Origin: Acidobacteria bacterium RIFCSPLOWO2_12_FULL_68_19
GTDB taxonomy: Bacteria > Acidobacteriota > Vicinamibacteria > Vicinamibacterales > UBA2999
Direction: 5' to 3'
DNA: 64,000 nt
Assembly (NCBI GenBank): GCA_001767525.1
Contig: MELF01000020.1
Location: forward strand, 11,417-75,416
This document shows, one piece after another, positions 51,125 through 59,816 of this stretch. The notes under the pieces are model-generated. The model did not search any database. It was given only the letters and a program-made list of their open reading frames with translations, and had not been told where the DNA came from. Position numbers and translations under genes: made by a program. Each line of letters opens with the position of its first letter. Position 1 is the first letter of the stretch.

Positions 51125-51790
51125 CTAGCCGACCTGAGTCAAGAGTTTGGCGATCGCCACCGGCAGAGCGCCCGGGGAATCGACGGCCGCGTCCGCCTCG
51201 AGCGGCGTTGCCTGTGCGCCAAACCCGTAGCGGGCGAGACAGAACACCGTGCCTGCCGCCCGCGCAGTGGCGGCATCGATGGGCGAATCGCCGACGAGGA
51301 CCGTGTGCCGTGGCGACACGTGATGCTCGGTCACCAGATGCTGGAGGCTCTGTGGGTCGGGCTTCCGCGGGAACGGCCCGTCGCCGCCGATCACCGTGGC
51401 GAACAACGGTGCCAGGTCGAGGGCATGCAGGAGCTTCTGTGTGTGGGCGCGCGGCTTGTTCGTCAGCACCGCGAGCACGCCGTACGGCCGTATCGCCTGC
51501 AGCGCCTCGGGGATGCCCGGATACGCGCGCGTCGTGCGGAGGAGCCGCGTGTCGTAGAGCTCGAGAAAGCGCGGCAGGCTCGTGTCCCCCGGCGCCAGGC
51601 CGGCGGCACTGAGCGCGCGTCGCACCAACATGGCGGCGCCGTCCCCCACCATGCGGCCAATCGCCTCCTCCGGGAGCGGCGTACCGCCCCGCTCGATAAT
51701 CAGCGCGTTGGCGGCATCCGCCAGATCGCGCCGGGAATCGACCAGCGTGCCGTCGAGATCGAAGACGATCAGCCGGCGTAGGTCGCCCAC
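51125..51790 (-). CDS. HAD-IA hydrolase (phosphoglycolate phosphatase-like)
   Basis: GTG in frame within ORF 51125..52105. Motifs IVFDLDGTLVDS, LTNKP, VGDSPID. Overlaps the queD 3' end by 22 nt. Confidence 0.75.
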   Translation of the reverse strand: MGDLRRLIVFDLDGTLVDSRRDLADAANALIIERGGTPLPEEAIGRMVGDGAAMLVRRALSAAGLAPGDTSLPRFLELYDTRLLRTTRAYPGIPEALQAIRPYGVLAVLTNKPRAHTQKLLHALDLAPLFATVIGGDGPFPRKPDPQSLQHLVTEHHVSPRHTVLVGDSPIDAATARAAGTVFCLARYGFGAQATPLEADAAVDSPGALPVAIAKLLTQVG

Positions 51791-52170
51791 GATGTCGGCG
51801 TTTCCCAGACGGTGACGCGGACGACCGGGAGTCCTTGCTCGCGGGAGATGTCGAACAGGAGCCGCGCGATGCGCTCGACGGTCGGGTTGCTGTCGAGCAG
51901 GTACACGGGCTCGCCCAACGCCTGGAGCGGTTTCACGAGCGGGTCGTCGTGCCGCAGGATCATCCGGTGGTCGATCTCGCGATCGACCCATCCCTTGACG
52001 ATTCGCTTGATGTCGCCGAAATCGGCCACCATGTTCCGGGCGTCGAGCCCGTCGGCCTGGATCTCGATTTCGGCCACCGCGTTGTGGCCATGGGGGTGCT
52101 TGCACATCCCGTCGTAGTCGAGCAGCCGGTGGCCGTAGCAGAACTCGATGCGCTTGGTGACCGAGTACAT
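51769..52170 (-). CDS. queD: 6-carboxy-5,6,7,8-tetrahydropterin synthase
   Basis: 133 aa. Motifs FCYGHRL and CKHPHGHN. Confidence 0.9.
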   Translation of the reverse strand: MYSVTKRIEFCYGHRLLDYDGMCKHPHGHNAVAEIEIQADGLDARNMVADFGDIKRIVKGWVDREIDHRMILRHDDPLVKPLQALGEPVYLLDSNPTVERIARLLFDISREQGLPVVRVTVWETPTSWATYAG

Positions 52171-52196
52171 CGGCCTGTAATCTTAACGATCAATCG

Positions 52197-52297
52197 CCCA
52201 ACTCCCAATTCCCAACTCCCGAACGGGCGTCGCACCGGCAAGTTGGACGTTGGGGGTTGGGAGTTGGGAGATTGGGAGTTGGAGATTGGGAGTTGAG
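52197..52297. repeat. C-rich heptad array CCCAACT/CCCAATT followed by a longer complementary array GGGAGTT/GGGAGATT
   Basis: CCCAACTCCCAATTCCCAACTCCC, 19 nt, then AAGTTGGACGTTGGGGGTTGGGAGTTGGGAGATTGGGAGTTGGAGATTGGGAGTTGAG. Fills the divergent queD|queC spacer. Confidence 0.8.
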
Positions 52298-52982
52298 CGT
52301 AGATCGTCCTGATACCGCCGTCCTGCTCTCCGCCGGCCTTGACAGCGCCGTGCTGGCGGCCTCGGAGGCGCGCTCCGGGCGCGTCCACCCGATCTACGTC
52401 AGCGCGGGTCTGGCGTGGGAGGCGAGCGAGCTGGCGGCGCTGGAGCGGCTCCTCGCGGCGGCGCCGCTCGCGGGCGCGCTGGCGCCGCTCGCGCGGCTCT
52501 CGTTCACCGTGGCCGACCTCTATCCGGCCACCCACTGGGCGCTCCGCGGCGAGCCGCCCGCCTTCGACACACCGGACCAGGACGTCTACCTGACGGGGAG
52601 GAACGTGGCGCTCCTCAGCAAGGCGGCCATCTACTGCGCCGGGCGCGGCATCGGCCGCATTGCGCTCGGCCCGCTGGCGGGCAATCCGTTTCCCGACGCG
52701 ACATCGCAGTTCTTCGACGCGATGGCGCGGGCGCTCTCGCTCGGGCTGGCGCACGCCATCGTCGTCGATGCTCCGTTTGCCTCGATGGACAAGAGTGAGG
52801 TGATCCGCCTCGGCATGGAGCTGGGGGTGCCGCTCGCGCTGACGCTCTCGTGCATGAACCCGCAGAACGGGCGCCACGCGCTGCATTGCGGCCGGTGCAG
52901 CAAGTGCCGGGAGCGGCGCGACGCGTTCGGCGAGGCGGGCGTCACCGATCCGACCGCCTACTCGGTCCCTCCAATCCGCTAG
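52293..52982 (+). CDS. queC: 7-cyano-7-deazaguanine synthase-like (QueC family); start uncertain (TTG 52293)
   Basis: PP-loop AVLLSAGLDS. C-terminal zinc motif CGRCSKCRERRDAF. The 5' part of ORF 52257 is repeat sequence. Confidence 0.8.
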   Translation: MSVDRPDTAVLLSAGLDSAVLAASEARSGRVHPIYVSAGLAWEASELAALERLLAAAPLAGALAPLARLSFTVADLYPATHWALRGEPPAFDTPDQDVYLTGRNVALLSKAAIYCAGRGIGRIALGPLAGNPFPDATSQFFDAMARALSLGLAHAIVVDAPFASMDKSEVIRLGMELGVPLALTLSCMNPQNGRHALHCGRCSKCRERRDAFGEAGVTDPTAYSVPPIR

Positions 52983-53111
52983 CGTCAGGACGAGGCGCTC
53001 GAATCGACCGGCTCGACGTCGGTGTGGACGAAAGCGCCGCCCTTGAAGAGCAGCGGCTCGCCGAGCGCGACAACCGGATCTTCTCGGAGCGCGTGAACGA
53101 TCCGTAACGAT

Positions 53112-53135
53112 CTCTTCTACCGCCTCTTCTACCGC
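53112..53135. repeat. 12-bp tandem duplication CTCTTCTACCGC x2 that carries two in-frame TAG codons on the minus strand
   Basis: Read directly. The second copy contains the stop codon of the hydrolase gene (53129..53131). Confidence 0.8.
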
Positions 53136-55288
53136 GTGCTCGTCGGGCTGCCCCCGCCGCGGAACACGAGCCACGTTCCTACGAGCGGTTGCTGCTCGAC
53201 GCCCGGCTTCGACCAGTCACAGACGCCGCCCGGAAAGATCCGCCGCAGTTGCGCCATCTCGTCGGCCGTGAACGCCACTCGGTAATCGGCTGCGCCGAGA
53301 GGCTTCAACTGGCACTTGACGATGTCGTTCGAAATCGGCCCGCCCGCGACGCCGCGCGGGTACGAGTAGGCCGGATAGATCTCATGGCAGCGCCCTGCGC
53401 GGTACTGCAGCGTCTCGACCACCTTCTGCGGCGCCTCGTCCTTTGTCCAGCAGGCGTCGACGAGATCGGCCGGTCTTGCCCGCCGGAGCTTCACGATCGG
53501 CGCATCCGCAGACCCGTCGCGCGCCAGGGTCGTCAGCCACAGATCCATCTGCGCGAGCGCCTGCTTCAGCACCGGACTGCTCGTACCGAAGTCACCGTAC
53601 CGCCGATCCTCGAGCAGCATGATCATGTTGTCCGAGTAGCCGTTCGCCTTCTCGAGCCGCGCCCGCGTCGAGAACGAGTGAAAGCGCAGGTGGACGTCGC
53701 CGCCGGGCAGGTCGTCGTAGTACGTCCGGTAGTCGATGACCGGCGTCGCCTGCAGGCCGCCGCCGCCGCTCGCCATCCGGCCGGTTCGGTACGCCGCCCG
53801 CGTCGCCTCGGGATCGGCGGTCATCCGCTGTGGGACGACCCTGCCGTCGATGTCGAACCCGCCGATCTTCTCGTTGAGATCCAGGAACTGCTCCGTGGTG
53901 ATGACGCCGGCGTCGAGCGCCTCGAGTCCGTACTGGATGCCGTCGTTGTCGAGCGGCCGCCGGGCGAAGCCGGTCTTCGTGTCGCGGCCGTAGACCGACG
54001 CGCCGTGGTCCCAGATCGTGCAGCGCGCCCCTGTGGGGCTGTTCACCGGGTGATAGCGCAGCTCGGGACCGAGACCGTCCGGGCACTGCTCGGTGGCACT
54101 GAAGCGGCCCGCACGCACGCGCGAGAGGTTCTCAATCGTCTCGAGGGTGCCGAAGCCGGCGACCGCGCGCTTCTGCTCGTCGGTGAACGGGACGCCGGCG
54201 CTCTTGGCAAAGTAGGTCAGGAGCAGCCGGCTGTCGCCGCTGCTCGTGGCGCTCGCAAACGGCGTGTCCATGAAGCTGCGCCCCGTGACGAGCCCGTCGA
54301 GCAGCCCGGGATAGTTGTCGGCAATCTGGTACTGCTGGATCGCGCCGCCAGACGAACCCCACCCGATCGTGAAGAGCGGCACGCCGTACGCCTCGACGAA
54401 TCGCTCCTTCACCATCATCATCGTCTCGGCGGAGATCAGGTCGTTGCAGTTGTTCCCCGCCACCGTGAGCGAGGCGGCGGCCACTGCGTATCCCTGTCGC
54501 AGCTGGTGATCGTCGGTCACTCCGCCGGTCGAGGCGCCCTGCTGGTACCAGCCGGGCTCGCAGCCGCCTCCGAACGCGTAGATCAGCCGCCCGTTCCATC
54601 CGGGCGAGCGCACGGCGAAATCCGGCGCCGGATCGGCCGCCGGGTTGTGCAGCATCGCGATTTGATAGATCCCGCGGTTGATCGTGCCGGTTTCGATCCG
54701 GACGATGTACGGGACCTCTCGGCCGTTGACAGTAACCGTCGCGGCGTCCACAGGGACGGCCTTCACGTCGGACAGCGCCTTCAGCCCAGGGCCGGCGGCG
54801 GTCCGGTACACGTAGTCGACACGCGTCGCAATCGAGCAGTTCGCGTCGAGGGGCCGGCCGAGCGTGGCGCCCGATTGCAGCTTGAAGCGGTCGGTCATGC
54901 AGACGAACGGCTGCTCCTGCGGCGAGGACAGCACGGGACCGGTGATCGGATGATTGACGAGGGTCAGCCGCGCCGAGGCGTTGCCGCTCGTCACAACCAG
55001 TTGACTCGCGCCGATCGCCAGGCCGCTGACCACTCCTGTCAGCGATCGCCCGCCCTCGTCGACGCGCAGGCGAGAGGTCACATCGTCTCCGTTGAGCGTC
55101 ACGAGGACGCTCTCGGCGCTCGTCCCGGCCGGCACCTCGATTCCCACGAGCACGTCACCACCCGTGACGAGCTCCGGGCGCGCCGAGAGTGCCCGCAGCC
55201 GGAGCCCCCCCTCCTGGGCCCGGACGACCGCGGCAGCCGGGGCCAGCGCGACAACCGCGCAGATGACGCGCACGAAGATTGGGGACAT
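53129..55288 (-). CDS. Secreted alpha/beta-hydrolase-like protein (tannase/DUF6351-like)
   Basis: ATG 7 nt after GAGGAGG; the ORF-track start at 55303 is TTG. Signal peptide. Nucleophile elbow GWGSSGGA. Cys-rich C-terminus FPGGVCDWSKPG. Confidence 0.7.
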   Translation of the reverse strand: MSPIFVRVICAVVALAPAAAVVRAQEGGLRLRALSARPELVTGGDVLVGIEVPAGTSAESVLVTLNGDDVTSRLRVDEGGRSLTGVVSGLAIGASQLVVTSGNASARLTLVNHPITGPVLSSPQEQPFVCMTDRFKLQSGATLGRPLDANCSIATRVDYVYRTAAGPGLKALSDVKAVPVDAATVTVNGREVPYIVRIETGTINRGIYQIAMLHNPAADPAPDFAVRSPGWNGRLIYAFGGGCEPGWYQQGASTGGVTDDHQLRQGYAVAAASLTVAGNNCNDLISAETMMMVKERFVEAYGVPLFTIGWGSSGGAIQQYQIADNYPGLLDGLVTGRSFMDTPFASATSSGDSRLLLTYFAKSAGVPFTDEQKRAVAGFGTLETIENLSRVRAGRFSATEQCPDGLGPELRYHPVNSPTGARCTIWDHGASVYGRDTKTGFARRPLDNDGIQYGLEALDAGVITTEQFLDLNEKIGGFDIDGRVVPQRMTADPEATRAAYRTGRMASGGGGLQATPVIDYRTYYDDLPGGDVHLRFHSFSTRARLEKANGYSDNMIMLLEDRRYGDFGTSSPVLKQALAQMDLWLTTLARDGSADAPIVKLRRARPADLVDACWTKDEAPQKVVETLQYRAGRCHEIYPAYSYPRGVAGGPISNDIVKCQLKPLGAADYRVAFTADEMAQLRRIFPGGVCDWSKPGVEQQPLVGTWLVFRGGGSPTSTR

Positions 55289-55343
55289 CAGGCCTCCTCG
55301 CAACAGGTGGCCCGATTATAGATTGGGAGTCGGTAGCTGGCAC

Positions 55344-56570
55344 TTAGCGGCTGAAGACGTCCCGGCCGTCGATGAGGGTACGCACGACGCGAAAGCCGCG
55401 ATCGAGCACGACGACGTCCGCCACGGCGCCTTCGGCGATCAGGCCAAGTCCCGTCAGTCCCAGCTCGCGGGCGGGGGTAGTCGAGCACATGATGGCCGCC
55501 TCGACGACGGAAAAGCCGAACACCGACACGATGGTCCCGAACGCGCGGTCCATCGTCAGCGTACTCCCCGCCAGCGTGCCCTCGTCCAAGACCGCTCCCG
55601 TGCCGGTCACGCGGATGCGGCGCCCACCGAGGCGGGCCTCCGACCCGACCGGCAGGCCGGCGCCGGCCGTGCCGTCGGTCACCGCCATGATGCGGTCGGT
55701 GCCCTTGGACGCGATCGCCACGCGGCTCATCGCCGGGTGCACGTGGTAGCCGTCGCTGATGAGCTCGGCCGCCACCTCGTCTCGGACGAGGATGGCGCCG
55801 GCGATGCCCGGCGAGCGGTGGGTGATCGGCGTCATTCGGTTGAACAGATGCGCCGCGTGCCGCGCGCCGGCATCGATGGCCGCCATCGTCTCGTCCAGAC
55901 TCGCGCCCGAGTGACCGAGTGACACGCGGTGCCCCGACCTAACCAGCGAACGCACCAGATCGAGGCCGCCGGGCAGCTCCGGCGCAAGGGTGACAATGCC
56001 GACGTCCGGGCGCGCCGCCGCGATGACGTCGAGGATGTCACGCCCGGAGAACTCGCCGTCCGGTGCGTGGCGTCCGGCCTCCCTGCTGGTCCCGGCTTTC
56101 GCGAAGGCGGACGCCGGATCCGGAAGCCGCAGGCACTCGGCCGGCTGCGCGCCGCGGTACTCGGGGTTGATGAAATTGCTCTCGAGATGCGCCGGCAGGA
56201 CGCGGGCGCTGGCCGGCAGACGCGCCGCGCGCGCCTGTGCCACCGCGCCGAGCACCGCCCGAAGCGCGGCGGGCGGGCAAGCGACCGTCGTCGGACAGAA
56301 GGCGGTCACGCCGTACTGTGGCAGTCGCGCGGCCATGTCCGCGATCGGGTCGCCGGCGTCGAGCGTATCGACTCCGTCCACGCCGTGTACGTGCACGTCG
56401 ATGAACCCCGGGACGACCCAGAGGCCGCGCACATCGACAAAGGTCGCGCCGCCCGCGTCCACGCGGCCCCGCGGCTCGATCGCGGCGACGCGCCCGGCGT
56501 CGATGACGAGCGACGCGCCCGACAGGACCCGGTCCGGCAGGACCAGGTCGCCGCCGGCGAGGACGATCAT
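55344..56570 (-). CDS. nagA: N-acetylglucosamine-6-phosphate deacetylase
   Basis: 408-aa C-terminal part of ORF 55344..57104, from MIVLAGGDLVLPD. Motifs PGFIDVHVHG, SLGHS, HLFNRM, DGYHVHP. Confidence 0.85.
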   Translation of the reverse strand: MIVLAGGDLVLPDRVLSGASLVIDAGRVAAIEPRGRVDAGGATFVDVRGLWVVPGFIDVHVHGVDGVDTLDAGDPIADMAARLPQYGVTAFCPTTVACPPAALRAVLGAVAQARAARLPASARVLPAHLESNFINPEYRGAQPAECLRLPDPASAFAKAGTSREAGRHAPDGEFSGRDILDVIAAARPDVGIVTLAPELPGGLDLVRSLVRSGHRVSLGHSGASLDETMAAIDAGARHAAHLFNRMTPITHRSPGIAGAILVRDEVAAELISDGYHVHPAMSRVAIASKGTDRIMAVTDGTAGAGLPVGSEARLGGRRIRVTGTGAVLDEGTLAGSTLTMDRAFGTIVSVFGFSVVEAAIMCSTTPARELGLTGLGLIAEGAVADVVVLDRGFRVVRTLIDGRDVFSR

Positions 56571-57025
56571 CGGTAGGTTTCGCCTTCTTCCTGCCGGCCC
56601 GTCCAGTCGACGTGCAGGTGCAGCTTCCGGCCGCCGAGAACCGTTTCTTCGCCGGATCCTTCGCGAGGGGGGACGGCGCCGCGGAACAGCCCGTCGAGAC
56701 GCGTGAGCAAGCCGAGAAACCCCTGCTCGGTCGGCGCGGCCAGGACGATGACGCCGCCGCTCTCGGCAGGGGGAAACCGCTCGTCGTCGAGGTAGTCGCG
56801 GTCCAGCGTGATGAGCGTGCGTCCGAGCTGTCGCGCGAGGCGGTAGTGCTCGCCGTCGCGGGCCCGACGCAGATCCTCGTGCTCCAGGACGAAGAACACG
56901 TCCCAGCGCAGGCGCGCGCGCATGAACTCCACCAGCCCCGCGGGCACGTTCGCGTCGACGTACAGCCGCGGCTGCCCGGCGATGCGGCCGGCGTGGGGAC
57001 CCAGTTCCGATGCGAGGGTGCCCAT
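56567..57025 (-). CDS. PIN-like (DUF5615/Mut7-C-like) domain protein
   Basis: 152 aa from MGTLASE. Motif LYVDANVPAGLVEFMRA...LITLDRDY... resembles DUF5615. Overlaps both neighbours (TAATG and ATGA). Confidence 0.5.
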   Translation of the reverse strand: MGTLASELGPHAGRIAGQPRLYVDANVPAGLVEFMRARLRWDVFFVLEHEDLRRARDGEHYRLARQLGRTLITLDRDYLDDERFPPAESGGVIVLAAPTEQGFLGLLTRLDGLFRGAVPPREGSGEETVLGGRKLHLHVDWTGRQEEGETYR

Positions 57026-58194
57026 TACCGGTGCTGCTCGAGGTCGGGCATCGTCTCCACGGGACCTGCCGGCGCCGGGGGCTCGCGCCGCGCGAGGCCG
57101 GCATCGCGCTTCAACGCCGCCACCAGCTCGTTGCGCTTGTGCACCAGCTCCTTGCGCGTCCGCCGTCCGCGGGCGGAGCCAACGGCGTACTCGCAGAAGA
57201 GCGGAAACGCGATGGTCGAGTCGCAGTAGGCGACCACCGTGTCGGGCAGCACGCCCGGATTGACCTTGCCCCAGCTCACGGCCTCCGATGGGGTCGCCCC
57301 CGACAACCCGCCCCACACCACCTGGTCGGTCGTGATCTGGATGAAGTAATCGTTGCCGCCCTTGGGAATGCCGTACACCTCCCAGAGCGTCGGCTGCCCC
57401 TGCAGGTAGAAGTTCTTCGGCGATCCGCCGCCGAGGATCACGCAGCCGTTCTTCTTGCCCGCGAGAATGAACGCGCAGACCTCGTTGACGTCCTTGTTCG
57501 GATCGACCATCAGCCGGCCGCCGTTCATCAGCTCATGGAAGGCGAGGTTCATCCCGATCGAGCTGTCCCCCGGCGACGAGGTGTAGATCGGCACGCCGTA
57601 GGCGGCGGCCGCCGCCACCATCGAATGGTCCTGACATCCAGGCTGCCGTGTCAGCAGATCGCACCCGAGCGCGTAGTGCAGCTCCGCCGTCGACACCGGG
57701 ACGTTCACGCCCCACCGCGCCAGGAACTCACGAATGTAGGCGTCGGTCTCGAGCAGCACCGAGGCGGGAAACAGGATGTCGTAGATGCGGATGACCCCCT
57801 CGTCGTGCAGCTCCACGTCGTCGACGAAGGGCGAGCCGCGGTGCAGCGTGAAGTTCAGCGCGTAGTGGAGATCGTGGTAGAGATTCGCGCCCGTGCTGAT
57901 GACGAAGTCGACCAGTCCGCGCTCCATCAGTTCGATGACGCACCCCCCGAGACCGGCCGGCGTCATCGCGCCCGCCATCGTAAGGCCGATCGTCGTATCG
58001 TGCTCGGGCAGCAGCATCTTCTCGGTGAAGACCCGACACGCCTCGCCCAGGCGGGCGGCATTGAACGCCTGAAAACCCTCGTCGATCAGGTGTCGGATGT
58101 CCGCGCTGCCGCGCGGCCGGTAGTAGCGGATCGGCTTGCCGGTCAGGTAGTCGCCGCGTCGCTGGCGGGGCGCACTCGGAGATCGGTGGGGCAC
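57025..58194 (-). CDS. Deoxyhypusine synthase-family protein (bacterial DHS-like / homospermidine synthase-like); start uncertain
   Basis: Motifs MAGAMTPAGLGG, VISTGANLYHD, LGGGSPKNF, GGLSGATPSEAVSWGK. GTG 58194 is chosen to avoid overlap with the divergent activator gene. Confidence 0.75.
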   Translation of the reverse strand: MPHRSPSAPRQRRGDYLTGKPIRYYRPRGSADIRHLIDEGFQAFNAARLGEACRVFTEKMLLPEHDTTIGLTMAGAMTPAGLGGCVIELMERGLVDFVISTGANLYHDLHYALNFTLHRGSPFVDDVELHDEGVIRIYDILFPASVLLETDAYIREFLARWGVNVPVSTAELHYALGCDLLTRQPGCQDHSMVAAAAAYGVPIYTSSPGDSSIGMNLAFHELMNGGRLMVDPNKDVNEVCAFILAGKKNGCVILGGGSPKNFYLQGQPTLWEVYGIPKGGNDYFIQITTDQVVWGGLSGATPSEAVSWGKVNPGVLPDTVVAYCDSTIAFPLFCEYAVGSARGRRTRKELVHKRNELVAALKRDAGLARREPPAPAGPVETMPDLEQHR

Positions 58195-58255
58195 GGGGAC
58201 TAGCTTACCCCGACTGTCGCAGCAGGGCCTCGCGGCCGATAACAGAAGCGGATTA

Positions 58256-59590
58256 GTGAACGAGAGCACCCTGTCTTCCCGTCGTGCCGGCGCAACGGCG
58301 TTCCGGCCGGACTCGCCCGCTGATGAGGAGTTGCGCTTCCGCACGCTGGTGCAGTCGCCGCTCCGGGCAGGGCTGCTGCGGTTCCTGAACGCCGGTTCGG
58401 AGGAAACCTTCGACGTCGATTCGCTGATGGCGGTCTTCGGCCGGATGCGGGGCGACGTCGAGAACTGCCTCGCTGAGCTCGTGGACTTCGGCGTGGTCCG
58501 TCAGCTGCCGGGCTCCCCGTTCCGGTATGCCGCGCAACGCCCGGAGCGAACCGACCATGTGGTGCTGCTCGACCAGTTCCTGGAGCGGCGCGCCACGATC
58601 AGCGCCGAAGACCAGGCCCCGTCGGTACAGCGGTTCCGCGAAACGATCGGCCGAGACGAGAAGATGTTGATCGTCTTCGAGTGGATCCGAACGGCGGCCA
58701 AGTCCGACATCTCGGTACTCATCCTCGGGCCGACTGGCTCGGGCAAGGAAGTCGTCGCGCGGATGATTCACGAGCTGAGCCGCCGCAACGGCGAGCGGTT
58801 CCAGGCGGTGAACTGCGCCGCGCTCCCCGATACGCTGTTCGAGTCGGAGCTCTTCGGTTACGAGAAAGGGGCGTTCACCGGCGCGCACGACCGCAAGCCC
58901 GGCCGCTTCGAGCTGGCCGACCGTGGGACGCTCTTCCTCGATGAAATCGGCGATCTGTCGCCGCTGGCGCAGGCCAAGCTGTTGCGCGCGCTCGAGGAGC
59001 GGCGGTTCGAGCGCCTCGGCGGGCAAAAATCGGTGCACGTGGACTTCCGCCTCATCTCCGCCACCAATCGCCCGCTCGATCTGTTCGTCCGCGACGGCCG
59101 CTTCCGGGAAGACCTCTACTATCGGCTCAACGCGTTCGCGATCCGGCTGCCGTCACTCCGCGAACGCCCCGTCGACATTCCCGTGCTCGCCACACGGTTC
59201 CTTGCGCGCTACTGCGCCGCCAACGGGCTGCCGCTCGACGCCAAGACATTCTCGGCCGAAGCGGTCGCGATGCTCCAGGCGTACCCGTGGCCGGGCAACA
59301 TCCGCGAGCTCGAGAGCACCGTGTCGCGGGCGGCGCTGTCGGCGCCCGGCCGGATCATCCGGCACACCGATGTCGAGTTCCTGCATGAACTTGCCGCCTC
59401 GGAGGCGCTCGCGCCGCCGCGCCTGCCGACACTGCGCGAGGCCGAGCGCGCCCACATCCTTCGCGCGCTCGAGGCCACCGCCTGGAACAAGAAGGAAGCG
59501 GCGCGCATTCTCGAAATCAGCCGTGGGACGCTCTACCGCAAGATCGTCGAATACGGTCTCGACCACCCGAAACGGTCAATCGGGTCGTAG
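58256..59590 (+). CDS. Sigma-54-dependent transcriptional activator (AAA+ EBP) with an uncharacterised N-terminal domain and C-terminal Fis-type HTH
   Basis: Walker A GPTGSGKE, GAFTGA loop (YEKGAFTGA), Walker B LFLDEIGD, YPWPGNIRELE, HTH AARILEISRGTLYRKI. Confidence 0.9.
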   Translation: MNESTLSSRRAGATAFRPDSPADEELRFRTLVQSPLRAGLLRFLNAGSEETFDVDSLMAVFGRMRGDVENCLAELVDFGVVRQLPGSPFRYAAQRPERTDHVVLLDQFLERRATISAEDQAPSVQRFRETIGRDEKMLIVFEWIRTAAKSDISVLILGPTGSGKEVVARMIHELSRRNGERFQAVNCAALPDTLFESELFGYEKGAFTGAHDRKPGRFELADRGTLFLDEIGDLSPLAQAKLLRALEERRFERLGGQKSVHVDFRLISATNRPLDLFVRDGRFREDLYYRLNAFAIRLPSLRERPVDIPVLATRFLARYCAANGLPLDAKTFSAEAVAMLQAYPWPGNIRELESTVSRAALSAPGRIIRHTDVEFLHELAASEALAPPRLPTLREAERAHILRALEATAWNKKEAARILEISRGTLYRKIVEYGLDHPKRSIGS

Positions 59591-59654
59591 CCGCGCCCAT
59601 TACAGGCAACAGCGCGTCAGTTACATTTTTGCCTTCGAATTGGTGAGTGGGGTG

Positions 59655-59688
59655 TGCAGTTTCCGCACATCCGGTGCGCGGAACTGCA
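59655..59688. promoter_or_regulatory. Imperfect inverted repeat, candidate enhancer (UAS) for the adjacent sigma-54 activator
   Basis: TGCAGTTTCCGCAC atcc GGTGCGCGGAACTGCA, about 93 bp upstream of the -24 element. Confidence 0.35.
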
Positions 59689-59779
59689 CCAGCCACGGTC
59701 GGACAGGCAGACGCTGGATGAGTGGAACTGATTGACATAACAGCCACTTAATCGATAGGCGGCGAGAGAGGTGTACTCT

Positions 59780-59794
59780 CGGCAGCATTCTTGC
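59780..59794 (+). promoter_or_regulatory. Sigma-54 (-24/-12) promoter candidate
   Basis: cGGCAGcattcTTGC against consensus TGGCAC-N5-TTGC. GG and GC are at the correct spacing. 23 nt upstream of the protease ATG. Confidence 0.55.
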
Positions 59795-59816
59795 CTTACG
59801 CCGCTCACTTCTCCCT

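Noticed and set aside
51115-51133. DtxR/IdeR-type operator (TAGGCTAGCC, 8-bp palindrome GGCTAGCC) upstream of the porin gene
   Set aside because: Only the right half resembles the IdeR box TTAGGTTAGGCTAACCTAA. It overlaps the HAD gene stop codon in a 24-nt spacer. That is too weak to call without a PWM scan.
52171-52292. preQ1 riboswitch in the queD/queC divergent spacer
   Set aside because: The spacer consists of heptad repeat arrays. I could not find the small preQ1 aptamer features (a short hairpin followed by an A-rich tail with conserved CUAG/AAAAAACUA-like sequence).
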